Of a stretch of 64,000 nucleotides of DNA, positions 9,044-17,777 are shown one piece after another; positions within the stretch are counted from its first letter, which is position 1, and the number at the start of each line of letters is the position of its first letter. Made by a program: the position numbers and the translations under genes. Under the pieces are notes generated by a model that did not search any database, was not told the origin of the DNA, and worked only from the letters and a program-made list of their open reading frames with translations. Origin of the DNA: a bacterium (lineage in GTDB: Bacteria > Myxococcota_A > Bradymonadia > Bradymonadales > Bradymonadaceae); NCBI GenBank assembly GCA_030427705.1, contig JAUIBR010000002.1:92631-156630 (forward strand), given 5' to 3'.

Positions 9044-9904
9044 ATGTTGTCCGAGCCCGAATTCCTTGTATCCAGAGACGGCACATCCATTGCGTATTGG
9101 CGCATGGGTGAAGGCGACACGGCACTCCTGTACACCAACGGATTCGCGACCTCTCACTTCTATTGGTGGGAGATTTTCAAGCGATTCGATGGTCGCATGG
9201 CGCAGATCACCTGGGACTTGAAAGGTCATGGTCGTTCCGGTCCTGCGCACGACTTGAAGGCTTGCACGATTCCCGACAGCGCCGACGACCTGGTTCGTGT
9301 TTTGGATGCCTGCGGCGTTGAGAAAGCAGTCCTGCTGGGGTTCTCGCTTGGGTCGCAGATAATCTTGGAGACCTATCGGCTGTTCCCAGACCGCGTTGCG
9401 GCGCTTGTGCCGGTGCTTGGAACGTACGAGCGCCCGTTTGACCAACTCTTCCATCCCAAGATTGGACAGGTTGCGTACTCGGTTTTTGGAAAGCTCGCTC
9501 CGCCGGCGGCTGATACCTGGCTCAAACTCACGCATCACGCGTTGACCTCGCCGTACGCGCATCAGATGAGCCAGTTCAGTGGCATGATTGGGTCCAATAT
9601 TAATAAGGCGACGATGGCACCGTTCTACGAACATTTCGAAGACATCGACGGCCCGACCTGGGCAGCGATGGGACTCGCCTGCCAGGAGCACTCCGCGAAA
9701 GATATGCTACCTACCATCGACGTTCCCACCTTGATTGTCGCTGGTGGCCGGGACGTGTTCACTCCCAGCCGCATGAGCATGCACATGGAACGCGTCATTC
9801 CCGACGCCAAGATGCTCTTCCTACCCAACGCCACACATGCGGGACTGATGGAGTATCCAGGCCTCATCGGGGAAGCCATCGATAAGTTTCTGGAAAACCT
9901 CTAG
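9044..9904 (+). CDS. Alpha/beta-fold hydrolase
   Basis: Nucleophile elbow GFSLGSQI (GxSxG). HGRSG appears after beta-strand 3. ATG at 9044; the track ORF begins at a TTG at 9038. Confidence 0.65.
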   Translation: MLSEPEFLVSRDGTSIAYWRMGEGDTALLYTNGFATSHFYWWEIFKRFDGRMAQITWDLKGHGRSGPAHDLKACTIPDSADDLVRVLDACGVEKAVLLGFSLGSQIILETYRLFPDRVAALVPVLGTYERPFDQLFHPKIGQVAYSVFGKLAPPAADTWLKLTHHALTSPYAHQMSQFSGMIGSNINKATMAPFYEHFEDIDGPTWAAMGLACQEHSAKDMLPTIDVPTLIVAGGRDVFTPSRMSMHMERVIPDAKMLFLPNATHAGLMEYPGLIGEAIDKFLENL

Positions 9905-9986
9905 ATTTTCCGAAGATGACGCCAAGTTTGAATCGGCGATCTGGTTTGCCTAGAGTAGCCACAACCTAGTCAAGATCGGGGGAACC

Positions 9987-10975
9987 GTGCATTTCAAAAA
10001 CTCGAAAAAGATTGCCACATTAGTTGTCGTGATTGCATTTTTGTTTGTTGGCCTGCAGCCAACTTGGGCCTGCTCAAACAACGAGAATACGGTTCGCCAA
10101 GCTGGACGCTTGACGCCTCTAACAATGCCATAATGGCGGCTGAGGGCCCGGTCGTCGTCGCGTTCAGACCACCAGACAACGGAGACCAACCAGCGCCGGA
10201 TGCGATGCTCGTTGTTAAGGACGCTGCTGGCAATGAATTGCCGGGGCAGCAAACCTCTGGTGTGGATCAGGAGCTCGTCCTCGTCTGGCAGCCTGACTCA
10301 ACTTTGCCGGAAGACATCGTCGTCACGGTCATGTGGGATGGGTACGAACGAGACCTCACCTTCAAAACCGTGGCCGGTTTGTGGCCTCCTGCCATTGACA
10401 TGCCACCGCCTGTGGTCACGAACTTCGAGAAGCCGGTTGGCTCCGACCCTGTATGCTGCGGCGGGGATGAGTGCGGAGAGTATTGTTATGATACAGTCTA
10501 CGAATACCAGAGCTACTTTCGAGTCCGCAGCAGGCAACCGGTTGACCTTGAGAGCGAACTATCGCGCACCTATTGGCGATTTGAACTGCGTTTTGATTCA
10601 GGTGGAGTGGTTGAGTTTCCGAGCGCCGACGGACCAAGTGAGGCCGCATGGCACGAACAACAAGCCGAAGAGATTTGCCTTCGATACGCCGCTGTCAGCC
10701 GCGTCGATGAAATGAACGTGGATGGTCCGCTCACTTGCATAAACGATGACGCAACGTTCATTGAAGACCTTCCAGGAGCGCCAAACTGCATCTCCCCCAA
10801 CGAGGTCATTCTGGTTGATGGCGCACGACGCCCTGTCGTCTACGCCGATGGCAGTGGGCCGCAGTCCGAAGGCTGCTCTATAACTCGGCAATCTCCAACC
10901 CCTGGAGGGATCTTAGTTGCCCTGTTCGCTTTGATTCTCGGTTGGCGCCGCCGAGGGCTATTAACCCTAAGTTAA
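9987..10975 (+). pseudogene. Frameshifted MYXO-CTERM-type secreted lipoprotein gene. The signal peptide is in frame 0 (9987-10133) and the mature domain is in frame 2 (10064-10975).
   Basis: Frame 0 encodes (M)HFKNSKKIATLVVVIAFLFVGLQPTWAC..., ending at the TAA at 10131-10133. Frame 2 is open from 9959 but has no start before the TTG at 10064 or the ATG at 10133, and it has no signal peptide. The C-terminus is GCS-hydrophobic-RRRG, the MYXO-CTERM pattern. Confidence 0.45.
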
Positions 10976-11226
10976 CGATGCAAAAATTCGTTAACACGCA
11001 TGAAAGTGATCACTTTCTTTCAGCTCGCCTGCAGTCTGCGTGGCAGAAAAAGTGCTTTTAACTGCAACAAGTTAGAACCTGCCGCATCGAAAATGCTCGA
11101 AATTTGGACGAACCCACAATGTAAGAAATGTGGGACAGTGTGGCACATCCGATCCTCTTTTGTTATCTTCCGGCCGCCACACATACACGAAGTAATTTCT
11201 TACTACCCGAGCGACACGAGGTTCCT

Positions 11227-12564
11227 GTGACAATACGGCACATTGGACGACTATTTAGTATTGGTTTTATCGCGGCCGGACTCACTGCCTGCGCTGACAC
11301 GACAGACAGCGGCCACGAAGAACAAGTAATCCAAGCCCGTTCTCAAGCAATCAGTGGTGGTTACGAAGACGAAGAAAGCACCTTCGCAGTTGGTTTGTAT
11401 GCAGCTCAAGGATATGCCGGCGGTATTTGCAGCGGTACGCTGATCGCGCCAAACCTTGTCCTGACCGCACAACACTGCGTCGCCCAGGTAACGTCACAAT
11501 ACGTTATCTGCGGTGAGTCTGGCTTCGGTTCGAAACTCAACCCACGCAATATCTTGGCAACGACGGCTCCACGACTGAGCCGCCGCGCCTACTTCCACCA
11601 AGGTCTAGAGGTCCACACCCCTCCAGGCGGGAATGATATGTGCGGGTTCGACATCGCCCTGATTATTCTGGACGAAAACGTTCCACCCGACGTTGCGACA
11701 CCAGCGATTCCTAGAATCGATATCGAGCCTGAGCCAGGCGAGGTGTACTCCGCAATCGGTTATGGACACGTAGGAAATGGATACGGTTCTGGCACTCGCC
11801 GCCGCATCGACAACCGCAGCGTGACTTGCTCGGCAGGCTCTTGCCCTGCCTATAGTTCGGTTCAAACGACCGAATTTTTGGGCACGGAAGGCACTTGCCA
11901 GGGCGACTCCGGCGGAACGGCACTCGACGCACAAGGCCGCGTCATCGGTGCCCTATCACGTGGACCAGACGGCTGCCGCGCTTCGGTCTACTCGGCCGTT
12001 TCTGGTTGGTCTGGATGGATGCGTGAGATTGGCGAAATGGCTGCCGAGAAAGGCCGCTACGACGCTCCGTTCTGGGTTACGCACGGCGTCAGCGAGATTC
12101 CAGCAGACGACCTCGACCTCGATGGCGTTCTGGTTGGAACCGACAACTGCCCCGACGTCGAAAACGCCGACCAGGCTGACCTCGACGGCGACGGCGAAGG
12201 CGACGCTTGCGAAACCGACGTCGATGGTGACGAGACCAACGACGACGACGACAACTGCGTACTGGATGCAAACGCTGACCAAGCTGACGCAGACGGTGAT
12301 GGCCAAGGCGACGCATGCGACACCGACGACGACGATGACGGAGTCGACGACGCAGACGACAACTGCCCACTTATCGACAACGGCGACCAAGCCGACAGTG
12401 ATGGTGACGGCGTTGGCGACGCTTGCCAGCCCCAAATCGACTTTGGCGGTGGCGAGAACGGTCAATCCGGCGGATGCTCGGCGACCAACGCCGACGCTTC
12501 GAGCAGCGCAACGATGTTTGGCCTGTTCCTCTTGGGTCTGATCGGAATCCGACGACGCAAATAG
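11227..12564 (+). CDS. Secreted trypsin-like (S1) serine protease with C-terminal thrombospondin type-3 repeats and a MYXO-CTERM-like anchor
   Basis: GTG at 11227 gives the lipoprotein signal TIRHIGRLFSIGFIAAGLTAC. The His motif is TAQHCV and the Ser motif is GTCQGDSGG. At least five DxDxDGxGDxCD repeats are present. The C-terminus is GGCS...FGLFLLGLIGIRRRK. Confidence 0.8.
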   Translation: MTIRHIGRLFSIGFIAAGLTACADTTDSGHEEQVIQARSQAISGGYEDEESTFAVGLYAAQGYAGGICSGTLIAPNLVLTAQHCVAQVTSQYVICGESGFGSKLNPRNILATTAPRLSRRAYFHQGLEVHTPPGGNDMCGFDIALIILDENVPPDVATPAIPRIDIEPEPGEVYSAIGYGHVGNGYGSGTRRRIDNRSVTCSAGSCPAYSSVQTTEFLGTEGTCQGDSGGTALDAQGRVIGALSRGPDGCRASVYSAVSGWSGWMREIGEMAAEKGRYDAPFWVTHGVSEIPADDLDLDGVLVGTDNCPDVENADQADLDGDGEGDACETDVDGDETNDDDDNCVLDANADQADADGDGQGDACDTDDDDDGVDDADDNCPLIDNGDQADSDGDGVGDACQPQIDFGGGENGQSGGCSATNADASSSATMFGLFLLGLIGIRRRK

Positions 12565-12585
12565 TCGGAAACGACCATGACTCAA

Positions 12586-12618
12586 GGCCGGCGCTCACCT
12601 AAGCGTCGGCCTTTTTTA
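12586..12618 (+). terminator. Rho-independent terminator after the protease gene
   Basis: aggccggcg-ctcacctaag-cgtcggcct, a 9-bp stem with one G-U pair, followed by TTTTTT. Confidence 0.6.
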
Positions 12619-12680
12619 ATGCCCTTGTGATCTCCGGCATCTCTTTGTAGGTTCCGCCCAGACTACGCCCGGGGCAGATT

Positions 12681-13187
12681 ATGGCGCACGTTGGAATCAT
12701 CATGGGGAGCCAGTCGGACTACGACACGCTCTCGCACGCGGAAGACATTTTGGAGGAGTTCGGGATCGACTATGAGATTCAAGTCGTCTCGGCCCATCGC
12801 ACACCCGACGTCATGTACGAGTATGCGAAGACTGCGCGCGAGCGCGGCCTCCAGGTCATCATCGCCGGAGCCGGTGGCGCAGCGCACCTGCCGGGCATGG
12901 TGTCAGCGCTGACCACCCTGCCCGTCTTGGGCGTCCCGGTGCAATCGCGCGCGCTGGACGGCATGGATAGCCTCCTGTCGATCGTCCAGATGCCAGGCGG
13001 GGTTCCGACAGCAACGTTCGCGATTGGCAAGTCCGGCGCAAAGAACGCGGCCCTCTTCGCGTTGCAGATTCTGTCGCTGCACGACGAAGCACTGGCGACA
13101 CGCCTCACAGAGTTCCGGAAAACACAGGCCGAAGGCGCCCTGCAAGGGAACGAGCGTGTGCAGGCTCGGATAAAGGGCAAGTCATGA
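12681..13187 (+). CDS. purE: N5-carboxyaminoimidazole ribonucleotide mutase
   Basis: GIIMGSQSD and [10 protein letters not shown] motifs. About 168 aa. Confidence 0.9.
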   Translation: MAHVGIIMGSQSDYDTLSHAEDILEEFGIDYEIQVVSAHRTPDVMYEYAKTARERGLQVIIAGAGGAAHLPGMVSALTTLPVLGVPVQSRALDGMDSLLSIVQMPGGVPTATFAIGKSGAKNAALFALQILSLHDEALATRLTEFRKTQAEGALQGNERVQARIKGKS

Positions 13188-14344
13188 AGATCGGCATCCT
13201 GGGCGGCGGACAGCTCGGATGCATGCTGTCCGAGTCCATCATCAAATACGGCGGGACGCCTATCGTTCTATGTCGCGACGGCGAACCCGCGACCGACCGC
13301 GTCCGCCATTGCATGACCGGCTCGTGGAGCGACCCAGACCTGCTCAAGCGCTTCTTCGACACAGTCGACGTCGCTACGATCGAAGTCGAACATGTCGACC
13401 TTGACGCGCTTGCCCCCTTCGCAGACCAGCTGCGACCTTCGATTGCAAGCATCCGAACGACCCAGCACCGCATCCACGAAAAGCGCTTCCTGGCTGCTGC
13501 GGGCCTACCTCACGCGCAGGTTCACTTGTGCGAGTCTGTGGCTGAGGCCAAAGCCCTGTTGAACTCCAACATGACCTACCCACGAGTGCTAAAGACTGCG
13601 CTCGGCGGATATGACGGGCGTGGGCAGTTTTTCCTGGAGTCAGAGGCTGACTTCGCCCAAGCCCTCGACGAGCTCGGCGACCATGTCGACGCGGTAGGAA
13701 TCGTCGTCGAAGAAGCCCTCGACATTCACGCGGAGTACAGCTGCATCGCAGCCAATTCGAACGGGCAGCTCGTGTCGTTCCCAGTCTTCGAGAATGACCA
13801 CAAAGATCATATCTTGGACACGACGACCGTGCCGGCGAATATCCCGGCGGCGCTTGAATCTGAAGCACGTAGGGTTGCGATGCATGCGGCAAAAGAGCTC
13901 GGAATCTCGGGACTGCTCACCACCGAGTTCTTCGTCACCAAGACCAAACCTGAAGGCCCGGTTATCGAGGTCGACGGGCACTACCTGATGGTCAACGAAT
14001 TCGCACCACGACCTCATAACTCAGGCCACGTCACGCGCAACGCCTGTACATTGAGCCAGTTCGACATCCTCGCCAGAGCACTACTGAATCTGCCACTCAT
14101 CGAGCCCAAACTGCATGCGGGCGGGTTCTCGATGGCTAACTTATTGAGCGACATTTGGGGAGAGCACGAAGAGCTTCCACTGGATGCTCTGGGGGCCCAC
14201 CAAGACGTTGTGGATGTGATTCTGTACGGGAAGAGCCCGTCTCGCCCGAAGCGTAAGATGGGGCATATCGTCGCGGCGGCAGCCAATGCCGACACCGCAC
14301 GAAACGCCGCTGTGGCGTGCCGGGATGACCTCGACCGCCGCTAG
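13184..14344 (+). CDS. purK: N5-carboxyaminoimidazole ribonucleotide synthase (ATP-grasp)
   Basis: N-terminus [18 protein letters not shown]-grasp body. Overlaps the purE stop in an ATGA arrangement. Confidence 0.88.
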   Translation: MKIGILGGGQLGCMLSESIIKYGGTPIVLCRDGEPATDRVRHCMTGSWSDPDLLKRFFDTVDVATIEVEHVDLDALAPFADQLRPSIASIRTTQHRIHEKRFLAAAGLPHAQVHLCESVAEAKALLNSNMTYPRVLKTALGGYDGRGQFFLESEADFAQALDELGDHVDAVGIVVEEALDIHAEYSCIAANSNGQLVSFPVFENDHKDHILDTTTVPANIPAALESEARRVAMHAAKELGISGLLTTEFFVTKTKPEGPVIEVDGHYLMVNEFAPRPHNSGHVTRNACTLSQFDILARALLNLPLIEPKLHAGGFSMANLLSDIWGEHEELPLDALGAHQDVVDVILYGKSPSRPKRKMGHIVAAAANADTARNAAVACRDDLDRR

Positions 14345-17127
14345 CGTTTCAGCGCGTCATTGATTCGTTGTTCGGGGATACCGGCCTTCTTGGCTTCGGC
14401 CTTGAGTTCATCGACAAGCGCGGTCCGCTTGCGGTCATGCGCGGCTTTGATGGCATTCATCAGGTTGGACTTTTTGTCCTGTGGACGCAGCCGATTCATC
14501 ATCGCCCACGCCTCTTTGGCTGCAGCGTCGTCACCTCGCATCAACGCCACGTCGGCGGCCAATTCATGCGAACGCGTGTCAAACGGTGCAACATCTAGCC
14601 ACCGCTTTACGGCACGCTCAGCGCGCTTGATATCGCCCTTCTCGACCATCCGGGCCGCAAACACTCGCGCAGCGACAGGGTCGTTCTGATTGAGCTCAAA
14701 AATACGCTCCATCGACTTGTCCTCTAGCGCCTGGTCCTTTTTCACCTTCGCGATACGGTTCAAGCCTTGCCACGCCGAGATGCCATCCTTCCACAACTGA
14801 GTCGCGGCCTGGTAATGGATCTCGGCCTCCGTCAGGTTTTCGAGTGCATGGGCAGCATCTCCAAGCATGATGCGCAGATCATAGGAGTCTTCGCCCGCAT
14901 CTAGCACCTTCAGACCCAGTTCATGCGCCCGTCGAGTCTTGCCCATTCGGAAGTTGATATAGGACATGATGAACGCTGCTTTCGGCCCGACGTCACCCAT
15001 CAAGGCGAGCTGCGCCAAAGCTTCTTCAGCCCCCTCGACATCACCCATGCTTGCACGGAGCATCGCCAGCTTCGCCAGCGTTTCTGCGTCATCCGGATTG
15101 GTGCGCAGTTTCTCCTCAAGCTCGGTCGGCGTCTGCGAGGTCATATCGATCGCGAGCTGGTCGTAGAAGTTCATGTAACGCCGTGAGAGCCACTTCTCGA
15201 ACCCTTTGTCGTGCGCCTCAATCGACGTGCTCAGCACTGTTTTAAAGACCTGCTCCGTCGACTTGGATTTCGCCCACGCCTTCAACATCTCGGGGATCTG
15301 CTCGAAGCCATACGTCTCGACAATATAGTGAATCTCAAGGCTCGCCTGGTGGTAGGAGCGCAGGATTTCTTCGTAGGTCTTCGCCTGCGTGAATCCCTTG
15401 TCCAGCGTTGAGACGCCCCGCAGAGTACCGGCCGCCAAAGCTCGGGAGAGCTCCACGTCATGATGGCGAATCCAAGATGGGTCCAGGACATTGGTCTCAT
15501 ACTCCGCAAGTCCTTCCGTGAACCATCGTGGCACGCGGGAGCGGGACAGCTGGATATGATAGACATGCGCCATCTCGTGAATGAGCACCTGACGCCAATT
15601 GAAGTTGCCTTCGCTCGGACTGCGAGTCGTGACCACCTTTCCGAAGCAGATTCCATGCGGGGAAACGTGAGGTAGCCCCACGCTTCGCACGCCAAACGTC
15701 TGCGGCGAGGGGTAGACCTCAACCGCCAGATACGGATGGGTATCCATCGCGTACTTCTGGTCAAAGGACCGCATGGTCTTCTTCACGACGGGGGCCATCA
15801 ATGCGTTAACCATCTCGTTTTCTGGGCGATGGGCACGGATGCGGAACCCGTCGTACTCCGTGAATTCGTACTCCGGCATCACTTCTTCGTAGAGCTGGAT
15901 CATATTGAACGCCCGCACGTTGTACGGGTCGTAGTCTGCCGCCAGTTTCAATGTGTCTTGTGCCTCATCCTCTTTTCCGATGCGGGAAAGCCCGATTCCT
16001 AGCTGCAAAAGCGCTGTGCCGTCTGACTCCTTAATCTTCAGGGCACGGCGATTGAGCTCGACAGCCTCATCGTACCGATGGACGCGCACCGCATATTTGG
16101 CCGTCTCGGTCAGGACAGGTGTGTAGTTCTTATTGATCGACAGAACCCGTTTGACGGTCGCTTCAAACTTCTTCAGGTCGTCATCGAGGTAGTGACACGC
16201 CGCCTGAATGGTGAGCGCGCCAAGGTCGTCCGTGTTCAAGGTCAGGACCTTTTCAGCGTGCTGGCGGGCAGTCTCGCAATCCGAATCGTTGATGGCTAAC
16301 TCAGCCCGGGTCAGCCACAACAACGGAATGCCGGGTGCGACGTTTTCGGCGCGTTGAAGCTGGTCTCGCATTAACGTGAAGTTCGTCGACAGCTCCATTT
16401 CGGTGCGCGCCGCGCCAATCAACGCCATCGGATGCTCACTTCGAACCTTCAATGCGTCTTCGAACGAGCGTCCCGCATCTGCTGTATTGTACTTCTCTAA
16501 TAGCAGAAAGCCCCAGTTCGTAAGGGCCGCAACGTTGTCGCGGTCCAAGTCCACGGCCTCTTCAAATGCGTGATTGGCGTCTTGAAAACTACCCAGAAGG
16601 TGCATTGCCTGAGCCAAAATGTTTAGCTCATGTGAGGTCTTCAATAGGTTGTTGTTGTAGAAGCCCGAGAACGCATCAAGCAACAGCTCGGCCTCGTTTT
16701 TGCGCCCAGCCTCAATCAACATTCTGCCAAGCGCGAGCCGCACATCATGTGCTGTCGGGGTTGCGCCCAGCTGCTTTCGCAAGAGCGCTTCGGCGTCCTT
16801 GTGCTTGCCCTCTCGGTCCAACACTTTCGCCAGGACTGCCACAGCACCGCTGCGATCCGAATCCGAATTGGACGCGGCCACAGCCTTTTCCGCAAACGTC
16901 TTCGCCGACTTAAGATTGCCCGCATACAGCGCCGCGTGTGCGCGAACCGCAAGCGCACGAGCGTCGTCGCGCGTCTTGGACATCGCGGTGGCCAACTCGA
17001 CGTGGCCAAGATTCCACGTGGTCAGCGGGTCGTTTGTGTCGGGTTTAGCGGAACGGAGGGGTGTTTGCGCCCACGCCAGAGACGTGGTCAGCATCACCAA
17101 GATTGTTGTCAGAATAAAGCGAGACAT
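14341..17127 (-). CDS. Secreted TPR-repeat protein with a central Peptidase_MA_2-like zincin domain (HExxH ... EGLAEYE)
   Basis: Signal peptide MSRFILTTILVMLTTSLAWAQ. Multiple TPR-like helical repeats. The zincin motif is LIHEMAHVYH ... WFTEGLAEYE. Confidence 0.6.
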   Translation of the reverse strand: MSRFILTTILVMLTTSLAWAQTPLRSAKPDTNDPLTTWNLGHVELATAMSKTRDDARALAVRAHAALYAGNLKSAKTFAEKAVAASNSDSDRSGAVAVLAKVLDREGKHKDAEALLRKQLGATPTAHDVRLALGRMLIEAGRKNEAELLLDAFSGFYNNNLLKTSHELNILAQAMHLLGSFQDANHAFEEAVDLDRDNVAALTNWGFLLLEKYNTADAGRSFEDALKVRSEHPMALIGAARTEMELSTNFTLMRDQLQRAENVAPGIPLLWLTRAELAINDSDCETARQHAEKVLTLNTDDLGALTIQAACHYLDDDLKKFEATVKRVLSINKNYTPVLTETAKYAVRVHRYDEAVELNRRALKIKESDGTALLQLGIGLSRIGKEDEAQDTLKLAADYDPYNVRAFNMIQLYEEVMPEYEFTEYDGFRIRAHRPENEMVNALMAPVVKKTMRSFDQKYAMDTHPYLAVEVYPSPQTFGVRSVGLPHVSPHGICFGKVVTTRSPSEGNFNWRQVLIHEMAHVYHIQLSRSRVPRWFTEGLAEYETNVLDPSWIRHHDVELSRALAAGTLRGVSTLDKGFTQAKTYEEILRSYHQASLEIHYIVETYGFEQIPEMLKAWAKSKSTEQVFKTVLSTSIEAHDKGFEKWLSRRYMNFYDQLAIDMTSQTPTELEEKLRTNPDDAETLAKLAMLRASMGDVEGAEEALAQLALMGDVGPKAAFIMSYINFRMGKTRRAHELGLKVLDAGEDSYDLRIMLGDAAHALENLTEAEIHYQAATQLWKDGISAWQGLNRIAKVKKDQALEDKSMERIFELNQNDPVAARVFAARMVEKGDIKRAERAVKRWLDVAPFDTRSHELAADVALMRGDDAAAKEAWAMMNRLRPQDKKSNLMNAIKAAHDRKRTALVDELKAEAKKAGIPEQRINDALKR

Positions 17128-17160
17128 GGAGCGCCTGGAAAATTGTGTCTCGGGTATAAC

Positions 17161-17691
17161 CTAGAGTCCCGAAACAATCTTCCATTCGCCGTCACGGTCC
17201 TCGAGCTCAATGCGATTTAGTTCGACGCCAGCATCCCAAGTTTGCTGTTCGCCGACTTCATAGCGGTATGCGTATCGGTATTCGTAGTCGATAGACGCTT
17301 CGTCGCCTTTGATTTCGATGTTCTTCAGAGTGACATCATAGCGGATCTGCGAGGCATGTTTCGAGACCATCTCAAAAATGCTCGCGAGGTCGCTCGCCCC
17401 GTAGTCATCGGTGGTCGTATCCGTCGTGCCAGCGTTCTCGTAGTAATCGCTGGCCACCAACCGTTTCAGTTGCCCGACGTCTTTTTCGACCATCGCTTCA
17501 CGATACTTAACCAACAGATCGACGAGTTGCCGATGTTCCGGCGTGTCCACAATCTCGGCGGCTTCATCGATTTGGAAGCCGTCCGCCTCTTGCCAGGACT
17601 CGCTAGAGTCTTTGCGAAGAAACTGCGGCCCGCAAGCCGCGAGAACCGTCGTAAGGATGAGGATTAAGAGTAGTTGGATGTTTCGCATCAA
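17161..17691 (-). CDS. Lipoprotein, NTF2/SnoaL-like fold (hypothetical)
   Basis: Lipobox LAACG. About 150-aa mature domain with a composition consistent with the NTF2-like DUF4440 type. The fold assignment is low confidence. Confidence 0.4.
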   Translation of the reverse strand: MMRNIQLLLILILTTVLAACGPQFLRKDSSESWQEADGFQIDEAAEIVDTPEHRQLVDLLVKYREAMVEKDVGQLKRLVASDYYENAGTTDTTTDDYGASDLASIFEMVSKHASQIRYDVTLKNIEIKGDEASIDYEYRYAYRYEVGEQQTWDAGVELNRIELEDRDGEWKIVSGL

Positions 17692-17777
17692 ATTCTCAAG
17701 CTCTTGTTCGTTCGCAGTCTAACTCGTTCAACGGCTGACTGGAAGTTTTGCGACCAACGTTAACATCAGGGCAAAAC

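Noticed and set aside
11948-12598. Antisense and alternative-frame ORFs over the protease TSP3 region (11956..12585 -, 11948..12541 +, 12057..12380 -)
   Set aside because: Same repeat artifact. The plus-strand frame carries the S1 protease catalytic motifs.
12599-12680. Possible purine-pathway riboswitch (ZTP/pfl-like) in the 5' leader of purE
   Set aside because: Only a vague CCGGGGCA segment. No convincing pfl pseudoknot or conserved core could be seen by eye. Would need an Infernal scan.
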